Shown here one piece after another: positions 21,997 through 31,379 of a stretch of DNA of 64,000 nt. The DNA is from a virus. Under the pieces are notes generated by a model. The model was given only the letters and a program-made list of their open reading frames with translations, searched no databases and had not been told where the DNA came from. The stretch is taken from positions 27,387 to 91,386 of IMG/VR virus record IMGVR_UViG_3300024221_000009, one strand, 5' to 3'. Numbering within the stretch: position 1 is the stretch's first letter; every line of letters begins with the position of its first letter. A program made the position numbers and the translations under genes.

Positions 21997-22659
21997 ATGA
22001 TTTACGTAGCAGTAGACTTCTCTTTAAATTCACCTGGTATTTGTATTCACGATGATTCAAAGGATTCATATCACTTTGTGTCTTATATTAAAAGAGGACA
22101 AGGAACTAAAAAAGATCAAAAGAAACAAGAAGACATTTCTCTTCTAAAAGACACCACATTAATTTATCAGCCCGACTGGGATAAAAGCGATAACTATTCA
22201 AGTGCTGAAATATCTAAAGTTAGAAGATATTCAAGAACCGCTCAAGACCTTATTGATATTATATTAAAGATAACTAAAACTAAAGACAATTATATTATTG
22301 GTTTTGAAGGAACTTCTTTTGGTTCTAAGATGGGAACTAATAATATTATTGATATGGCAGCAGGTGCAGCCCTTCTAAAAGCTGAAATGCTAAACCAATT
22401 AGATGTTAAAGCTCTAGAGACTGTAGCACCTTCAACTATTAAGAAACATGCTGGTAAAGGTAATATGAATAAAACAATGCTTTGGAAAGTTTTTATTGAT
22501 AATAATATAAAAGACCAGAAACTAGCATCCTCTAAACTATTTAATTATTGTGTTGATGAGATTGGAGAAGTTTCTAAGATCCCAAAACCTTTTGATGATT
22601 TGGTCGATGCCTTCTTCTTGAACAGCTTACTTCAAACGTTATTTAACCCTCAGGCTTAA
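21997..22659 (+). CDS. RuvC-like Holliday junction resolvase
   Basis: RNase H-fold catalytic motifs AVDFSLNSPG, FEG, PSTIKK and DDLVDA. Confidence 0.8.
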   Translation: MIYVAVDFSLNSPGICIHDDSKDSYHFVSYIKRGQGTKKDQKKQEDISLLKDTTLIYQPDWDKSDNYSSAEISKVRRYSRTAQDLIDIILKITKTKDNYIIGFEGTSFGSKMGTNNIIDMAAGAALLKAEMLNQLDVKALETVAPSTIKKHAGKGNMNKTMLWKVFIDNNIKDQKLASSKLFNYCVDEIGEVSKIPKPFDDLVDAFFLNSLLQTLFNPQA

Positions 22660-22724
22660 AACTCTAAGCTTATATTACATATATGATAAAAAGTTTCAAT
22701 AATAATAAATAAAATAATAAAATA

Positions 22725-22910
22725 ATGGAAAAGAAAAAGATAGCTTCGGCACACTTATTAAAATTAAAAGAGATATTGTTTGATATGATATCACAAAACA
22801 GAATATCAGAAGCAGAAGCTCTAAATATTTTAAGAAAAGCAGGATTAATAAAGCTTCCAGAGGCTGATGGATGGATGGATGAAGAAGGATCCACATATAG
22901 AAAATTATAG
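22725..22910 (+). CDS. Hypothetical protein, 61 aa
   Basis: A-rich start context and normal composition. No recognised family. Confidence 0.5.
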   Translation: MEKKKIASAHLLKLKEILFDMISQNRISEAEALNILRKAGLIKLPEADGWMDEEGSTYRKL

Positions 22911-22936
22911 AGATATATATTTTAAGATTATATTTT

Positions 22937-22964
22937 GAAACCTTTTAAAGATTCATTGTATAAT
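22937..22964 (+). promoter_or_regulatory. Middle-type promoter GAAAC-N17-TATAAT (gp32 operon)
   Basis: One of six sites with an identical 17-nt spacer. Confidence 0.7.
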
Positions 22965-23051
22965 TAATGAAAGTTTTTTAAAGGTACCTTAACGAACAAT
23001 CAAAGATTTAAAGATTATTAACAAAATTAACGAAATTAAAGATTTAAAGAA

Positions 23052-23960
23052 ATGGCAGAATTTGACATTTTCAACTTAAGCGTAAGCGATGTTGAAACAC
23101 ACGACACACAAAGCACTAAAACGGATGTACTATACAAGCCGAGTGCAGATCAAGGAAAAGATGGAACTTATAAAGCACTAGTACGCTTTGTTCCTAATCC
23201 AGCAAACCCAAGAAATTCACTAGTTAAAAAATACGTACACTGGTTAACAGATGCATCAGGTAATGGTCGATTAATTGACTCACCTAGTTCTGTTGGCGAA
23301 AGTTGTCCAATTGCAGAAGCTTTTTTCAAACTAAGAAATAGCGATTCAGCAGTTGACCGTAAGATGAGTGAAAAATTAAAGAGACGTGAGCAATACTACT
23401 CTCTTATTAAAGTAATTAAAGACCCTCAAAATCCAGATCTAGAAGGACAATACTTAGTGTATAAGTTTGGTTATAAGATTAAGGAAAAGATTGACGAGGA
23501 ATTAAAGCCAGCTTTTGGTGAACCAACTCAAGTATTTGACCTTTTCGAAGGTAAAAACTTTGAATTGATTATAACAAGACAAGGTGAATATAACAATTAC
23601 GATAAATCTAAATTCTCTGCAAGCACTTCAGCAATCACAGTAAATGGAGAAGCTGCTGAAAGAACAAAAGAGACAATGTCAGTTATTAAAACTGAATTAG
23701 ATGCAGCACCATCATTAGAGCCTTACGAGTATAAAGTATGGGATGGAGATGCAAGAGATTTCGTAAACGGAATTTTACGTCAATACTTAAATCCAGGAGG
23801 TTCAATTGATGCAGTGGTTTCAAAACCTAAAGCTGCGCCAAAGGCATCTAAGCCAGTTGAAGTATCTACACCAGTTGTAGAAACTACTTCAACAACAGAA
23901 TCAACAAGTGCAGATAGTAGTGATGATCTAGATTCTTTCTTGAATGACCTCGACATCTAA
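23052..23960 (+). CDS. Single-stranded DNA-binding protein (T4 gp32-like)
   Basis: ALVRFVP, CPI, YKFGYKI, FDLFEGKNF, NYDKSKF and an acidic tail DDLDSFLNDL. Confidence 0.9.
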   Translation: MAEFDIFNLSVSDVETHDTQSTKTDVLYKPSADQGKDGTYKALVRFVPNPANPRNSLVKKYVHWLTDASGNGRLIDSPSSVGESCPIAEAFFKLRNSDSAVDRKMSEKLKRREQYYSLIKVIKDPQNPDLEGQYLVYKFGYKIKEKIDEELKPAFGEPTQVFDLFEGKNFELIITRQGEYNNYDKSKFSASTSAITVNGEAAERTKETMSVIKTELDAAPSLEPYEYKVWDGDARDFVNGILRQYLNPGGSIDAVVSKPKAAPKASKPVEVSTPVVETTSTTESTSADSSDDLDSFLNDLDI

Positions 23961-25071
23961 GATAGACGAAACATTAAAGCAAAAAATTAGAAGCTTAGTA
24001 AAGCAAGTTGTAGTAAACGAGCACACTGACCCTAATAAAAGAATGCTTAAGGAAATGCCAGGCCGTTTGAGCCTGGCATGCCCTTATTGTGGAGACTCTA
24101 CAACAGATACACATAAGAAGAGAGGTAATATATATTGGGATAGTTTACAGTTTCATTGTTTTAACTGCTCTGCCCATGGAGATGTTTATTCTTTATTAAA
24201 AGATCATCACGTAGGATTCAAAGATAGAGAAGATTCTATTGCTATTATAGATTTCATACAGGAACATAGAATACAAGCAAACACTGTAGAAGTATTAGAA
24301 CACGACATCTTTAAAAAGATATACGACTTAGCCCCTACTCGAGAAGAATTAAGTAAAACATTTGGATATAAAGAAATAGAAGTAGGAGATCCTGGTTATT
24401 TTTACTTAAGAGGGAGAATGTTATCTCATAAGCTTGAAAACTTTATGTATTCTCCTAAAGATAAAAGAATGGTTGTTCTTAATTTAGGCCCTAATAAAAA
24501 AGTTATAGGGTTTCAAACAAGAGCTCTTTCCAAATATAGAAACGCAAGATACCTAACGTATGATATTGAAAAAATATATCAAGAAATGAATAAAGATCTT
24601 GGAGTATCTGAAACTGAATTAATAAGTCTTAAAAAAATATCAACACTCTTTGGTATTTTAAGAGTTGATTTACAAAGAACAGTCACTATGTTTGAAGGTC
24701 CTATTGACGCAATGTTTATGTCAAATAGTATTGGATTAGCAACAGCAGGTAGATCAACAGAAGAGTTTGATGAAATACCAACAATACGTTATATGTTTGA
24801 TAACGACAAAACAGGTAAAGAGAAGATGATGCAAAAACTTCGAAGAGGTAAAGAAATATTTATGTGGGGTAAATTTCTTAATGATACCAAGCTAGATTTA
24901 AAATACGATAAATGGCTAGACGGAGTTAATAAAGAAAATAGAGATAAATATCCTAAAGAATTAGGTGATTTAAATGATCTAGTACGAGTAGCATACTATT
25001 TAAAAGACGATTGTCTTAAAAATCTGTCTGAATATTTTAGTAATTCTAAACTAGATGCATTTTACCTATGA
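23944..25071 (+). CDS. DNA primase (T4 gp61-like)
   Basis: Zn finger CPYCGD...CFNC and TOPRIM motifs EGPIDA, FDND, DLND. Confidence 0.88.
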   Translation: MTSTSKIDETLKQKIRSLVKQVVVNEHTDPNKRMLKEMPGRLSLACPYCGDSTTDTHKKRGNIYWDSLQFHCFNCSAHGDVYSLLKDHHVGFKDREDSIAIIDFIQEHRIQANTVEVLEHDIFKKIYDLAPTREELSKTFGYKEIEVGDPGYFYLRGRMLSHKLENFMYSPKDKRMVVLNLGPNKKVIGFQTRALSKYRNARYLTYDIEKIYQEMNKDLGVSETELISLKKISTLFGILRVDLQRTVTMFEGPIDAMFMSNSIGLATAGRSTEEFDEIPTIRYMFDNDKTGKEKMMQKLRRGKEIFMWGKFLNDTKLDLKYDKWLDGVNKENRDKYPKELGDLNDLVRVAYYLKDDCLKNLSEYFSNSKLDAFYL

Positions 25072-25289
25072 CAAATAAAGAAATTAACGAAATGATAGAT
25101 CATGAGTTTGACGAATTCGAACACGATCGAAACCGTAGAAAAAATATTAAAGCTTTTTTAAAACTTAAAAGCTCTATATATGATTTTACGGAAACTAAAT
25201 TAACTATGACAGATCCTAAGTTTAAGAAAAAACTTAGCACTTCTGTTTATATTAAACACAAAAATAAAAATAATAATCAACTGTTTTAA
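25068..25289 (+). CDS. Hypothetical protein, 73 aa
   Basis: Overlaps the primase stop (ATGA). Ends in NQLF. Confidence 0.5.
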   Translation: MTNKEINEMIDHEFDEFEHDRNRRKNIKAFLKLKSSIYDFTETKLTMTDPKFKKKLSTSVYIKHKNKNNNQLF

Positions 25290-25300
25290 ACTAATAATCA

Positions 25301-25729
25301 ATGGCAGATTTAAAAGATAAAATACTTAAATTAGACGAATATCTAGGAAGACAAAGATTAGATTGGACTGATAAAATAAAAGAACTTACAGTTAATTTAA
25401 AGAAAGGTGTAAACCTTGAAGAGGTTAGTTCGTTCTCATTGAGTTATCGACAAATATTAGTAGAACAGCTTGCATCTATGTCTAATAAGATGAGAGCACA
25501 AAAAGCAACAGTTGATCAAAAGTATAAAACAAAGTGGATAGAATATTATCAATACGATTATAAACTAACCGACAAGCAACGAGAAAGATTTCTTGAAGCG
25601 GATTTAGCAGAAGATAGACAGCTGCTAGATTTATTAGAAACACAGAAGAGCTTTATTGAAGCTTCTGTAAAAACTCTTGACAATATGGGCTTTGCAATAA
25701 AGAATCGCCTCGATATGACAAGAATATAA
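25301..25729 (+). CDS. uvsY: Recombination mediator UvsY-like
   Basis: Helical 142-aa protein with C-terminal LDNMGFAIKN, matching the UvsY GFAIKN motif. Adjacent to uvsW. Confidence 0.7.
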   Translation: MADLKDKILKLDEYLGRQRLDWTDKIKELTVNLKKGVNLEEVSSFSLSYRQILVEQLASMSNKMRAQKATVDQKYKTKWIEYYQYDYKLTDKQRERFLEADLAEDRQLLDLLETQKSFIEASVKTLDNMGFAIKNRLDMTRI

Positions 25730-25747
25730 AAAATAGTTTCATGAAAA

Positions 25748-27256
25748 TTGGTACTAACATTAACAGATGATAATCAATTTCTACGAATTGATGATGCTAC
25801 TGAACTTGAGTTAGAACAGATTACAATCTCCCTTACAAAAAGAATTGAAAGTTGGAGATTTAATCCGTTAGTAAAACGAGGAGTGTGGGATGGTTATGTC
25901 TCTTATATTAAAGATGACAAATGGATTCCAGCTGGACTATGGAGGCATGTTATACAAATTTGTAAAGATTATAAGATAGAGATTCAAATGAACGGAATAA
26001 AACGTTTAATTGATCCAGATATTAACGCAGAAGCATTTGAAGAATGGGCTCTTAATTTCTTTAAAGGTGCTGAGATAACTCCAAGAGATTATCAAATAGA
26101 AACAGCATATAACATACTTAAATTTAGAAAGTGTTTAGCGGAGTTGGCAACATCAGCTGGTAAAACTTTAATTAGTTTTATGACTGTTGCATATATGCTA
26201 GAAAAGAAAAAAGCTCAAAAAATATTATTTATAGTACCTAACGTATCTTTAGTTGTACAGGCCCATGAAGATTTTCATGAATATAATTACATGAATAAAG
26301 TTAATTTAAAGATTCAACAGATATATTCAGGTAAAAAAATTAAAAGTAATAAAAATATAATTATTGGTACATATCAATCTTTAGTAAAAAAAGATAAAGA
26401 ATATTTTAGTCAATTTGACGCTGTTTTAGTAGATGAAACTCACAAAGCAAAAAGCGCATCTATAAAAACAATATTACAAAAATGTACTAACGCAAAATAT
26501 AAATTTGGTCTTTCAGGAACAATTCCTAAAGATGGATCTCTTGATAAATTAACTCTTATGAGCCAGACTGGTCCAGTTATTAGTGAAGTCAAAGCGGCTT
26601 TTCTACAAAAACAAGGACATATTGCAAAATGTTTGGTTAAAGTAATTCAAATGAACTATGCAACAGAAAATCAAAGACAAGCGTTTCAAGAGCTTGCGCA
26701 GAACAAATATGATAGAAAGGATGTTTTCCAACTTGAACAAAATTTTATTATTAATAACGAAGCACGTCTTGATTTTATCTCAAGCGTTATTTCCAGAGTA
26801 CCCAGGAATAGCCTTGTCCTTTTTCACAGGATTGAACACGGTAAAAAATTATATGAAAAACTTAGACAAGAAAGCGATAAAAGAGTTTTTTATGTGGATG
26901 GCGGAACCAATACTGATATTAGAGAAGAATATAAAAAGAAAATGGAAGCCGGTGAAGAAGTTGTCATCGTTGCGTCCTATGGTACTTTCTCAACAGGGAT
27001 CTCGATTAAAAAAATACACAACATATTCTTTACGGAATCTTTTAAAAGTGAAGTGATTATCAGGCAATCAATAGGACGTGGTTTAAGGCAACATGAATCA
27101 AAGGACAAGGTTTTAATAATCGACTTTGTTGACGACATTAGAACGCAAGAGTGGGATAATTATCTATATAAACATGGTAAAGCTCGCCAGGCAATATATA
27201 AACAAGAAAAGTTTGATTATAATATTAAAATAGTCAATTTTGAAGGAGATATATAA
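25748..27256 (+). CDS. uvsW: SF2 DNA helicase UvsW-like (TTG start)
   Basis: PRDYQ, ATSAGKT, DETH, GLSGT, STGISI and QSIGRGLR motifs. Confidence 0.92.
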   Translation: MVLTLTDDNQFLRIDDATELELEQITISLTKRIESWRFNPLVKRGVWDGYVSYIKDDKWIPAGLWRHVIQICKDYKIEIQMNGIKRLIDPDINAEAFEEWALNFFKGAEITPRDYQIETAYNILKFRKCLAELATSAGKTLISFMTVAYMLEKKKAQKILFIVPNVSLVVQAHEDFHEYNYMNKVNLKIQQIYSGKKIKSNKNIIIGTYQSLVKKDKEYFSQFDAVLVDETHKAKSASIKTILQKCTNAKYKFGLSGTIPKDGSLDKLTLMSQTGPVISEVKAAFLQKQGHIAKCLVKVIQMNYATENQRQAFQELAQNKYDRKDVFQLEQNFIINNEARLDFISSVISRVPRNSLVLFHRIEHGKKLYEKLRQESDKRVFYVDGGTNTDIREEYKKKMEAGEEVVIVASYGTFSTGISIKKIHNIFFTESFKSEVIIRQSIGRGLRQHESKDKVLIIDFVDDIRTQEWDNYLYKHGKARQAIYKQEKFDYNIKIVNFEGDI

Positions 27257-27291
27257 GATATACGTAAATAAAATAAATAAAATTTATAAAA

Positions 27292-29712
27292 ATGGCAAAA
27301 ATGAATAAAATCAGTTCTTTTCAAACTTTTTCTGAAGTAAGAGAGGCTGAAAATGCTGATAAACTACAACAAGAAAATCAAGCTAAAAGATTAGAGCTAA
27401 CAGAAAGAATAGGTAAAATATTAGATGAAATGGAAATAACATCTTTTGAAGACTTAGACGAAGAAGTTAGAGATCAATTAGTAGAAAAAACGTTCGGATT
27501 AGTTAAAGAAGGAGATAAAACAAAAGTTTCTAAAAAAGAAATTAAAATGCATCTGGATATGTTCCAAGCAGGAGACATCGATGGTAATGATTTATCACAA
27601 GCTATTTCTGCAATTATATTCGGAGAAGTAAAAGGACCGGGTATGGAATCTAAAGATTCTGAACAGGTTTCAGAAGCAACTGTTGTTATGGACGCAATAA
27701 ACCCTGATGATAAAGATTTCTTAAAATTCTTAAAAAAGAATAAAGTTAAAGTAATTGACACTGTAAAATCAGGCCCAAGTGGACATCCTGAAATTACAAT
27801 GCAAGGAAAAAGAAAAGATCTTGAAGCAGTATTAGCTGACGGTGAATTAGGATGGGATGATCCTGGTTTAGCAGAATTTATTGAAGAATCAATAAACATT
27901 TCAGAAGCAGTAATAGTTACTGGTAGAAGAGACGCTAAAAAAGTTTTAACAGCATACACTAAATTTTTCCAAAAATATCCAGCATTAGCTGATAGGAGAT
28001 TTGCAGGTTTACATTTAGGAGCAATCAAATCCTTAATGGTTTCTGCATTAACAGATGCTAATTTTCATAGAGAATCAGCAGCGTGCGGAAAGTCTATTAA
28101 AGGAGCAAAGCTTCAACCTGTTTTTATTAAGCCAATGGAATTAAATAAAACAGAAATTAAAATACCTGTTGGTAAAGTAGCATCTATTTTAGATGATAAT
28201 GCATCTCTTATTTCTGGTGCAGCCGGCTTTTCTGGTTTAGGTATTGCTGAAGGAACAGCATTATACTTAGATTCTCTTAAATATGTTAAAGAAGCAGAAG
28301 CAGTTATTGCATGTTTTAATTCTACGTTTGAAAGTGAAGTTACTGACGTAACAGAAGGTAATGCATTTTTAGGAGCTAGAGCTAAGGCTATTGAAGAAGA
28401 TGCTGAAGAATTTGAATTTAACGGTAAAAAATATCCAGTAATTAAAGAATCAGAAGAAGTTACTGAATCAGCCGAACCAAAGTGTAATAATAAAAAAGGA
28501 CATTTATATAAGCAAATTGATAAGGACGGAACGGTAGAATGCGTGCACTGTGGTCTAAGAAATTCATTAAGCGAATCAGAGGTTAATGAAGCTAAATCTT
28601 TTAAAAATACTGAAGATTTTGAAGCATTTTTAAAGGAAATCGATGCTATGCCAGAAAGAGCAGTTAGAAAGATAATGGGTAAAGAATATATCGATACTCC
28701 TGGTTTTTATGAAGATGAAAAGGATGATTATGATGATGTAATTGACTTCATGATTTCAAACATGGGTGCAGATATTTATCACCAATTAGAACAGTGGTGG
28801 GAAAACAATGTTCAAGAATCAGCAGTTACTGAAGCTAAATTTGTAAAAGATTTTGATAAAGATGTTTTAGATGCTGAAACCAAAGCAGATATAACAACTT
28901 ACTACCCTTCTGCTAAATTCTTTATAGGTAAATCAACCCACTTCTTCGGAGAATTAGATAAAAATTTATTTTTTAAAGCATATTATAAAGATTATGTAAA
29001 GAAGGCTGGTGGTAAAATCGATGGTGATTTTAAAATTGTAATGATATATTCTGAAAAAGGTAGAAATTTTGTACCTTTATTTACTAGAGAAGTTACTGAA
29101 TCAGTGGTTACTGAAGCTAAAATTAATTCTGACGAAGAGTTTAAAGAATATGCTACAACTGTTTTACAAAAAGCGTTTGGTGAAGATTATGACGAAGCAA
29201 AAGCAAACGAAGTTATTGATGGTATTTTAGCAAAAGTTGACGGAGATTACGGCGCTGCTGTAGGAATGTTAACATCTTCATTAGGAGAATCAGTAGTTAC
29301 TGAAAAAACATATAATAAAAAGTCTTTAATGAAAGCAATGAAAGCCGATGATGGTATGATACAATTAGGCAATGGTCAAGAATATGTTATCTACGCTTAC
29401 GGTAATGGTAATGATGATAACGACAATATGTGGGGAGATAAATCAATCTTTGCGTTAGACCAAGACGGCGAAGAGCATGAAATTGAATATTCTGATATTG
29501 TAAGTTATAATGAAGCTAACGCTGATGGAACTATTTCAGATGATGAAGACGAAAAAAGAGAAGAACTTTTAAATAGAGTTAAAGAACAAATGGAAGAGCT
29601 ATTAGCATCTGCTGAATTTGATGCTAAAGAAATTGGTGGTTCTTTTAGATCTCCTGGTATTATGTTTGATATTAGAAAACAACTTGATAAGCAAGTTAAA
29701 AAGTTTAAATAA
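27292..29712 (+). CDS. Modular polyprotein A, predicted internal head (cargo) protein with about 10 modules
   Basis: CTS-like SFQTFSEVRE. Recurrent linkers VSE|A, ISE|A, VTE|G, VTE|S, VNE|A, VTE|A (twice), VTE|K and YNE|A separate unrelated modules. Late promoter at 27248. Confidence 0.65.
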   Translation: MAKMNKISSFQTFSEVREAENADKLQQENQAKRLELTERIGKILDEMEITSFEDLDEEVRDQLVEKTFGLVKEGDKTKVSKKEIKMHLDMFQAGDIDGNDLSQAISAIIFGEVKGPGMESKDSEQVSEATVVMDAINPDDKDFLKFLKKNKVKVIDTVKSGPSGHPEITMQGKRKDLEAVLADGELGWDDPGLAEFIEESINISEAVIVTGRRDAKKVLTAYTKFFQKYPALADRRFAGLHLGAIKSLMVSALTDANFHRESAACGKSIKGAKLQPVFIKPMELNKTEIKIPVGKVASILDDNASLISGAAGFSGLGIAEGTALYLDSLKYVKEAEAVIACFNSTFESEVTDVTEGNAFLGARAKAIEEDAEEFEFNGKKYPVIKESEEVTESAEPKCNNKKGHLYKQIDKDGTVECVHCGLRNSLSESEVNEAKSFKNTEDFEAFLKEIDAMPERAVRKIMGKEYIDTPGFYEDEKDDYDDVIDFMISNMGADIYHQLEQWWENNVQESAVTEAKFVKDFDKDVLDAETKADITTYYPSAKFFIGKSTHFFGELDKNLFFKAYYKDYVKKAGGKIDGDFKIVMIYSEKGRNFVPLFTREVTESVVTEAKINSDEEFKEYATTVLQKAFGEDYDEAKANEVIDGILAKVDGDYGAAVGMLTSSLGESVVTEKTYNKKSLMKAMKADDGMIQLGNGQEYVIYAYGNGNDDNDNMWGDKSIFALDQDGEEHEIEYSDIVSYNEANADGTISDDEDEKREELLNRVKEQMEELLASAEFDAKEIGGSFRSPGIMFDIRKQLDKQVKKFK
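28447..29310 (+). repeat. Dispersed 24-bp linker repeats GAATCAGnRGTTAmTGAAGCTAAA between polyprotein modules
   Basis: Copies at 28573, 28816, 29098 and 29287. Variants at 28447, 34247 and 36642. Confidence 0.75.
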
Positions 29713-29720
29713 AAATAGAA

Positions 29721-29758
29721 AAAAAGATGACCTGGATTTTTCCGGGTCAAATCTTTTT
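29721..29758 (+). terminator. Intrinsic terminator after polyprotein A
   Basis: GACCTGGA-TTTT-TCCGGGTC stem with A and T flanks. Confidence 0.65.
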
Positions 29759-29760
29759 AT

Positions 29761-29772
29761 TATATTAGTAGT
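29761..29772 (+). promoter_or_regulatory. Host-type (Bacteroidota -7-like) promoter TATATTAGTAGT
   Basis: The 15-mer TTATATTAGTAGTAT is identical here and at 39498. It is one mismatch from TAnnTTTG. Confidence 0.5.
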
Positions 29773-30075
29773 ATGAAGAAAGCAAAATTATATGAAGAGT
29801 TTATCAACGAAGAAATCTATTTAACATATAGTGAAATCGTAGGTTATCAATTTGATAAGTTTTTAGAATCATATTTTAAACTAAATAAAGATAACAAAAC
29901 AGTTTACGATAAAAAAGAAGATTTTACGTATGGTTTTAGAAAAGGATCTAAAACTGCACATTGGAAATATGATCACGATAATTTCGAATTACACCACAGT
30001 GAAAAAGAATTTCATGTCTTAGGTCTTATAAATTTTTATAAACAAGCATCAAAGGGACATCCCTGGTCTAAATAA
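29773..30075 (+). CDS. Small internal-protein-like cargo with capsid-targeting N-terminus
   Basis: MKKAKLYEEFINE|E resembles the T4 IP CTS MKTYQEFIAE. Confidence 0.55.
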   Translation: MKKAKLYEEFINEEIYLTYSEIVGYQFDKFLESYFKLNKDNKTVYDKKEDFTYGFRKGSKTAHWKYDHDNFELHHSEKEFHVLGLINFYKQASKGHPWSK

Positions 30076-30085
30076 AACATACGCA

Positions 30086-31369
30086 ATGAAAATATTATCA
30101 TTTAAAGATTTCTTAATAGAAAGAGAAAATAAAGAAGTATTAGACTCTAAATTAATTTTAGAAGGTGGGGCAGCAGGTCACATGTCACATCCATTTGATG
30201 AAAAAGATTTGACATTTGCAGATTTTAAAAAGATAGTAACTGCTGGTCTTCAAGGTGAATTAAACTTTGAGGAAGAAGCAACTGAAAAAACGGATGGACA
30301 AAATGTATTTGCAACAGTTCAAGATGGAGAAGTAAAATTTGCCAGAAATAAAACTGAATTAGCAAATCCAATGGACTTGGCTACTTTTAAGAATAAGTTT
30401 GAAGGACATCCAAGTAAATTAGTACAAGATACTTTTCAATTTGCTGCAGAAGATTTAGCAAACTCATTAAATAAATTATCCCCTAAAGATTTAGAAGTTT
30501 TTGATAATGGTAAAAACTGGATGAACATGGAGTTAATTTACTCTAAGAATCCAAACGTTATCTACTATGACCGCGATGTTATTCAATTTCATGGTATAAA
30601 GAAAACTGATGGTGAAGGTAATACTATTGGAGAAGATAACAAACCAGCAAGATCAATTGCGAAAGCAATGCAAGATCTTAAAATTAATGTTGGTAAAACA
30701 TTTACAGTTATCCCACCTCAAATTATTAAATTAGGTAAAGATTTAGAATTTGATAAAAATCAATCTAAATTTATAAAACAAATAGAAGCGTTAAGAGATC
30801 GTTATAAATTAACAGACGCTGATGAAGTTTCTAGATATCATGAAATGTGGTGGAGAGAAACAATAGATACAAATTTCCCTGATTTACAACAAGACTATAA
30901 AGAAGGTTTATTATTAAGATGGGCTTATGGAAATAAGAAGTCTTTAAATATGAGAAGTCTTGCAAAGGAAATAGGAAAAGATGAAGCAGCTTCTGTTAAG
31001 AAATTCGACAAAGAAGATGTTAAAAAGAAATATAAAGAAAACATTAGACCTTTTGAAGATTTATTCTTAGAACTAGGATCTATAATTCTTAAAAATGCTT
31101 CTAATTTTGTAGCAGCAAATCCAGACAAGGAAATGCAAAGATTACATAATCAAATTAGAAGTGAATCAGAAAAAATTAAAAAAGGCGGAGGAGAAGCTCA
31201 AATTGCAAAAGTAGAAGCTGAACTTGCTAGGTTAGAAAGAATTGGTGGTGTAGAATCTATTATACCAACTGAAGGAATAGTCTTTGTATATAAAGGAAAA
31301 ACAATGAAATTAACAGGTACGTTTGCAGCCATTAATCAATTAATGGGAATTATAAAGTACGGAAGATAA
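30086..31369 (+). CDS. ATP-dependent ligase-superfamily nucleotidyltransferase (DUF6267-like) with a CTS-like leader
   Basis: Motif I TEKTDGQN, motif IV TEGIVF and motif V KLTG. The leader MKILSFKDFLIE...LILE| precedes GGAAGHMSHPFD. Confidence 0.65.
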   Translation: MKILSFKDFLIERENKEVLDSKLILEGGAAGHMSHPFDEKDLTFADFKKIVTAGLQGELNFEEEATEKTDGQNVFATVQDGEVKFARNKTELANPMDLATFKNKFEGHPSKLVQDTFQFAAEDLANSLNKLSPKDLEVFDNGKNWMNMELIYSKNPNVIYYDRDVIQFHGIKKTDGEGNTIGEDNKPARSIAKAMQDLKINVGKTFTVIPPQIIKLGKDLEFDKNQSKFIKQIEALRDRYKLTDADEVSRYHEMWWRETIDTNFPDLQQDYKEGLLLRWAYGNKKSLNMRSLAKEIGKDEAASVKKFDKEDVKKKYKENIRPFEDLFLELGSIILKNASNFVAANPDKEMQRLHNQIRSESEKIKKGGGEAQIAKVEAELARLERIGGVESIIPTEGIVFVYKGKTMKLTGTFAAINQLMGIIKYGR

Positions 31370-31379
31370 ATAATATAAT

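Noticed and set aside
27474-28028. 184-aa minus-strand ORF and the other minus-strand ORFs in the track
   Set aside because: They lie antisense to well-supported + strand genes, have S/F/L/I-rich shadow composition, and lack start context.
28573-29310. CRISPR array interpretation of the 24-bp repeats
   Set aside because: Spacers are 165-260 bp, in-frame and coding. The repeats are degenerate and non-palindromic, and no cas genes are present.
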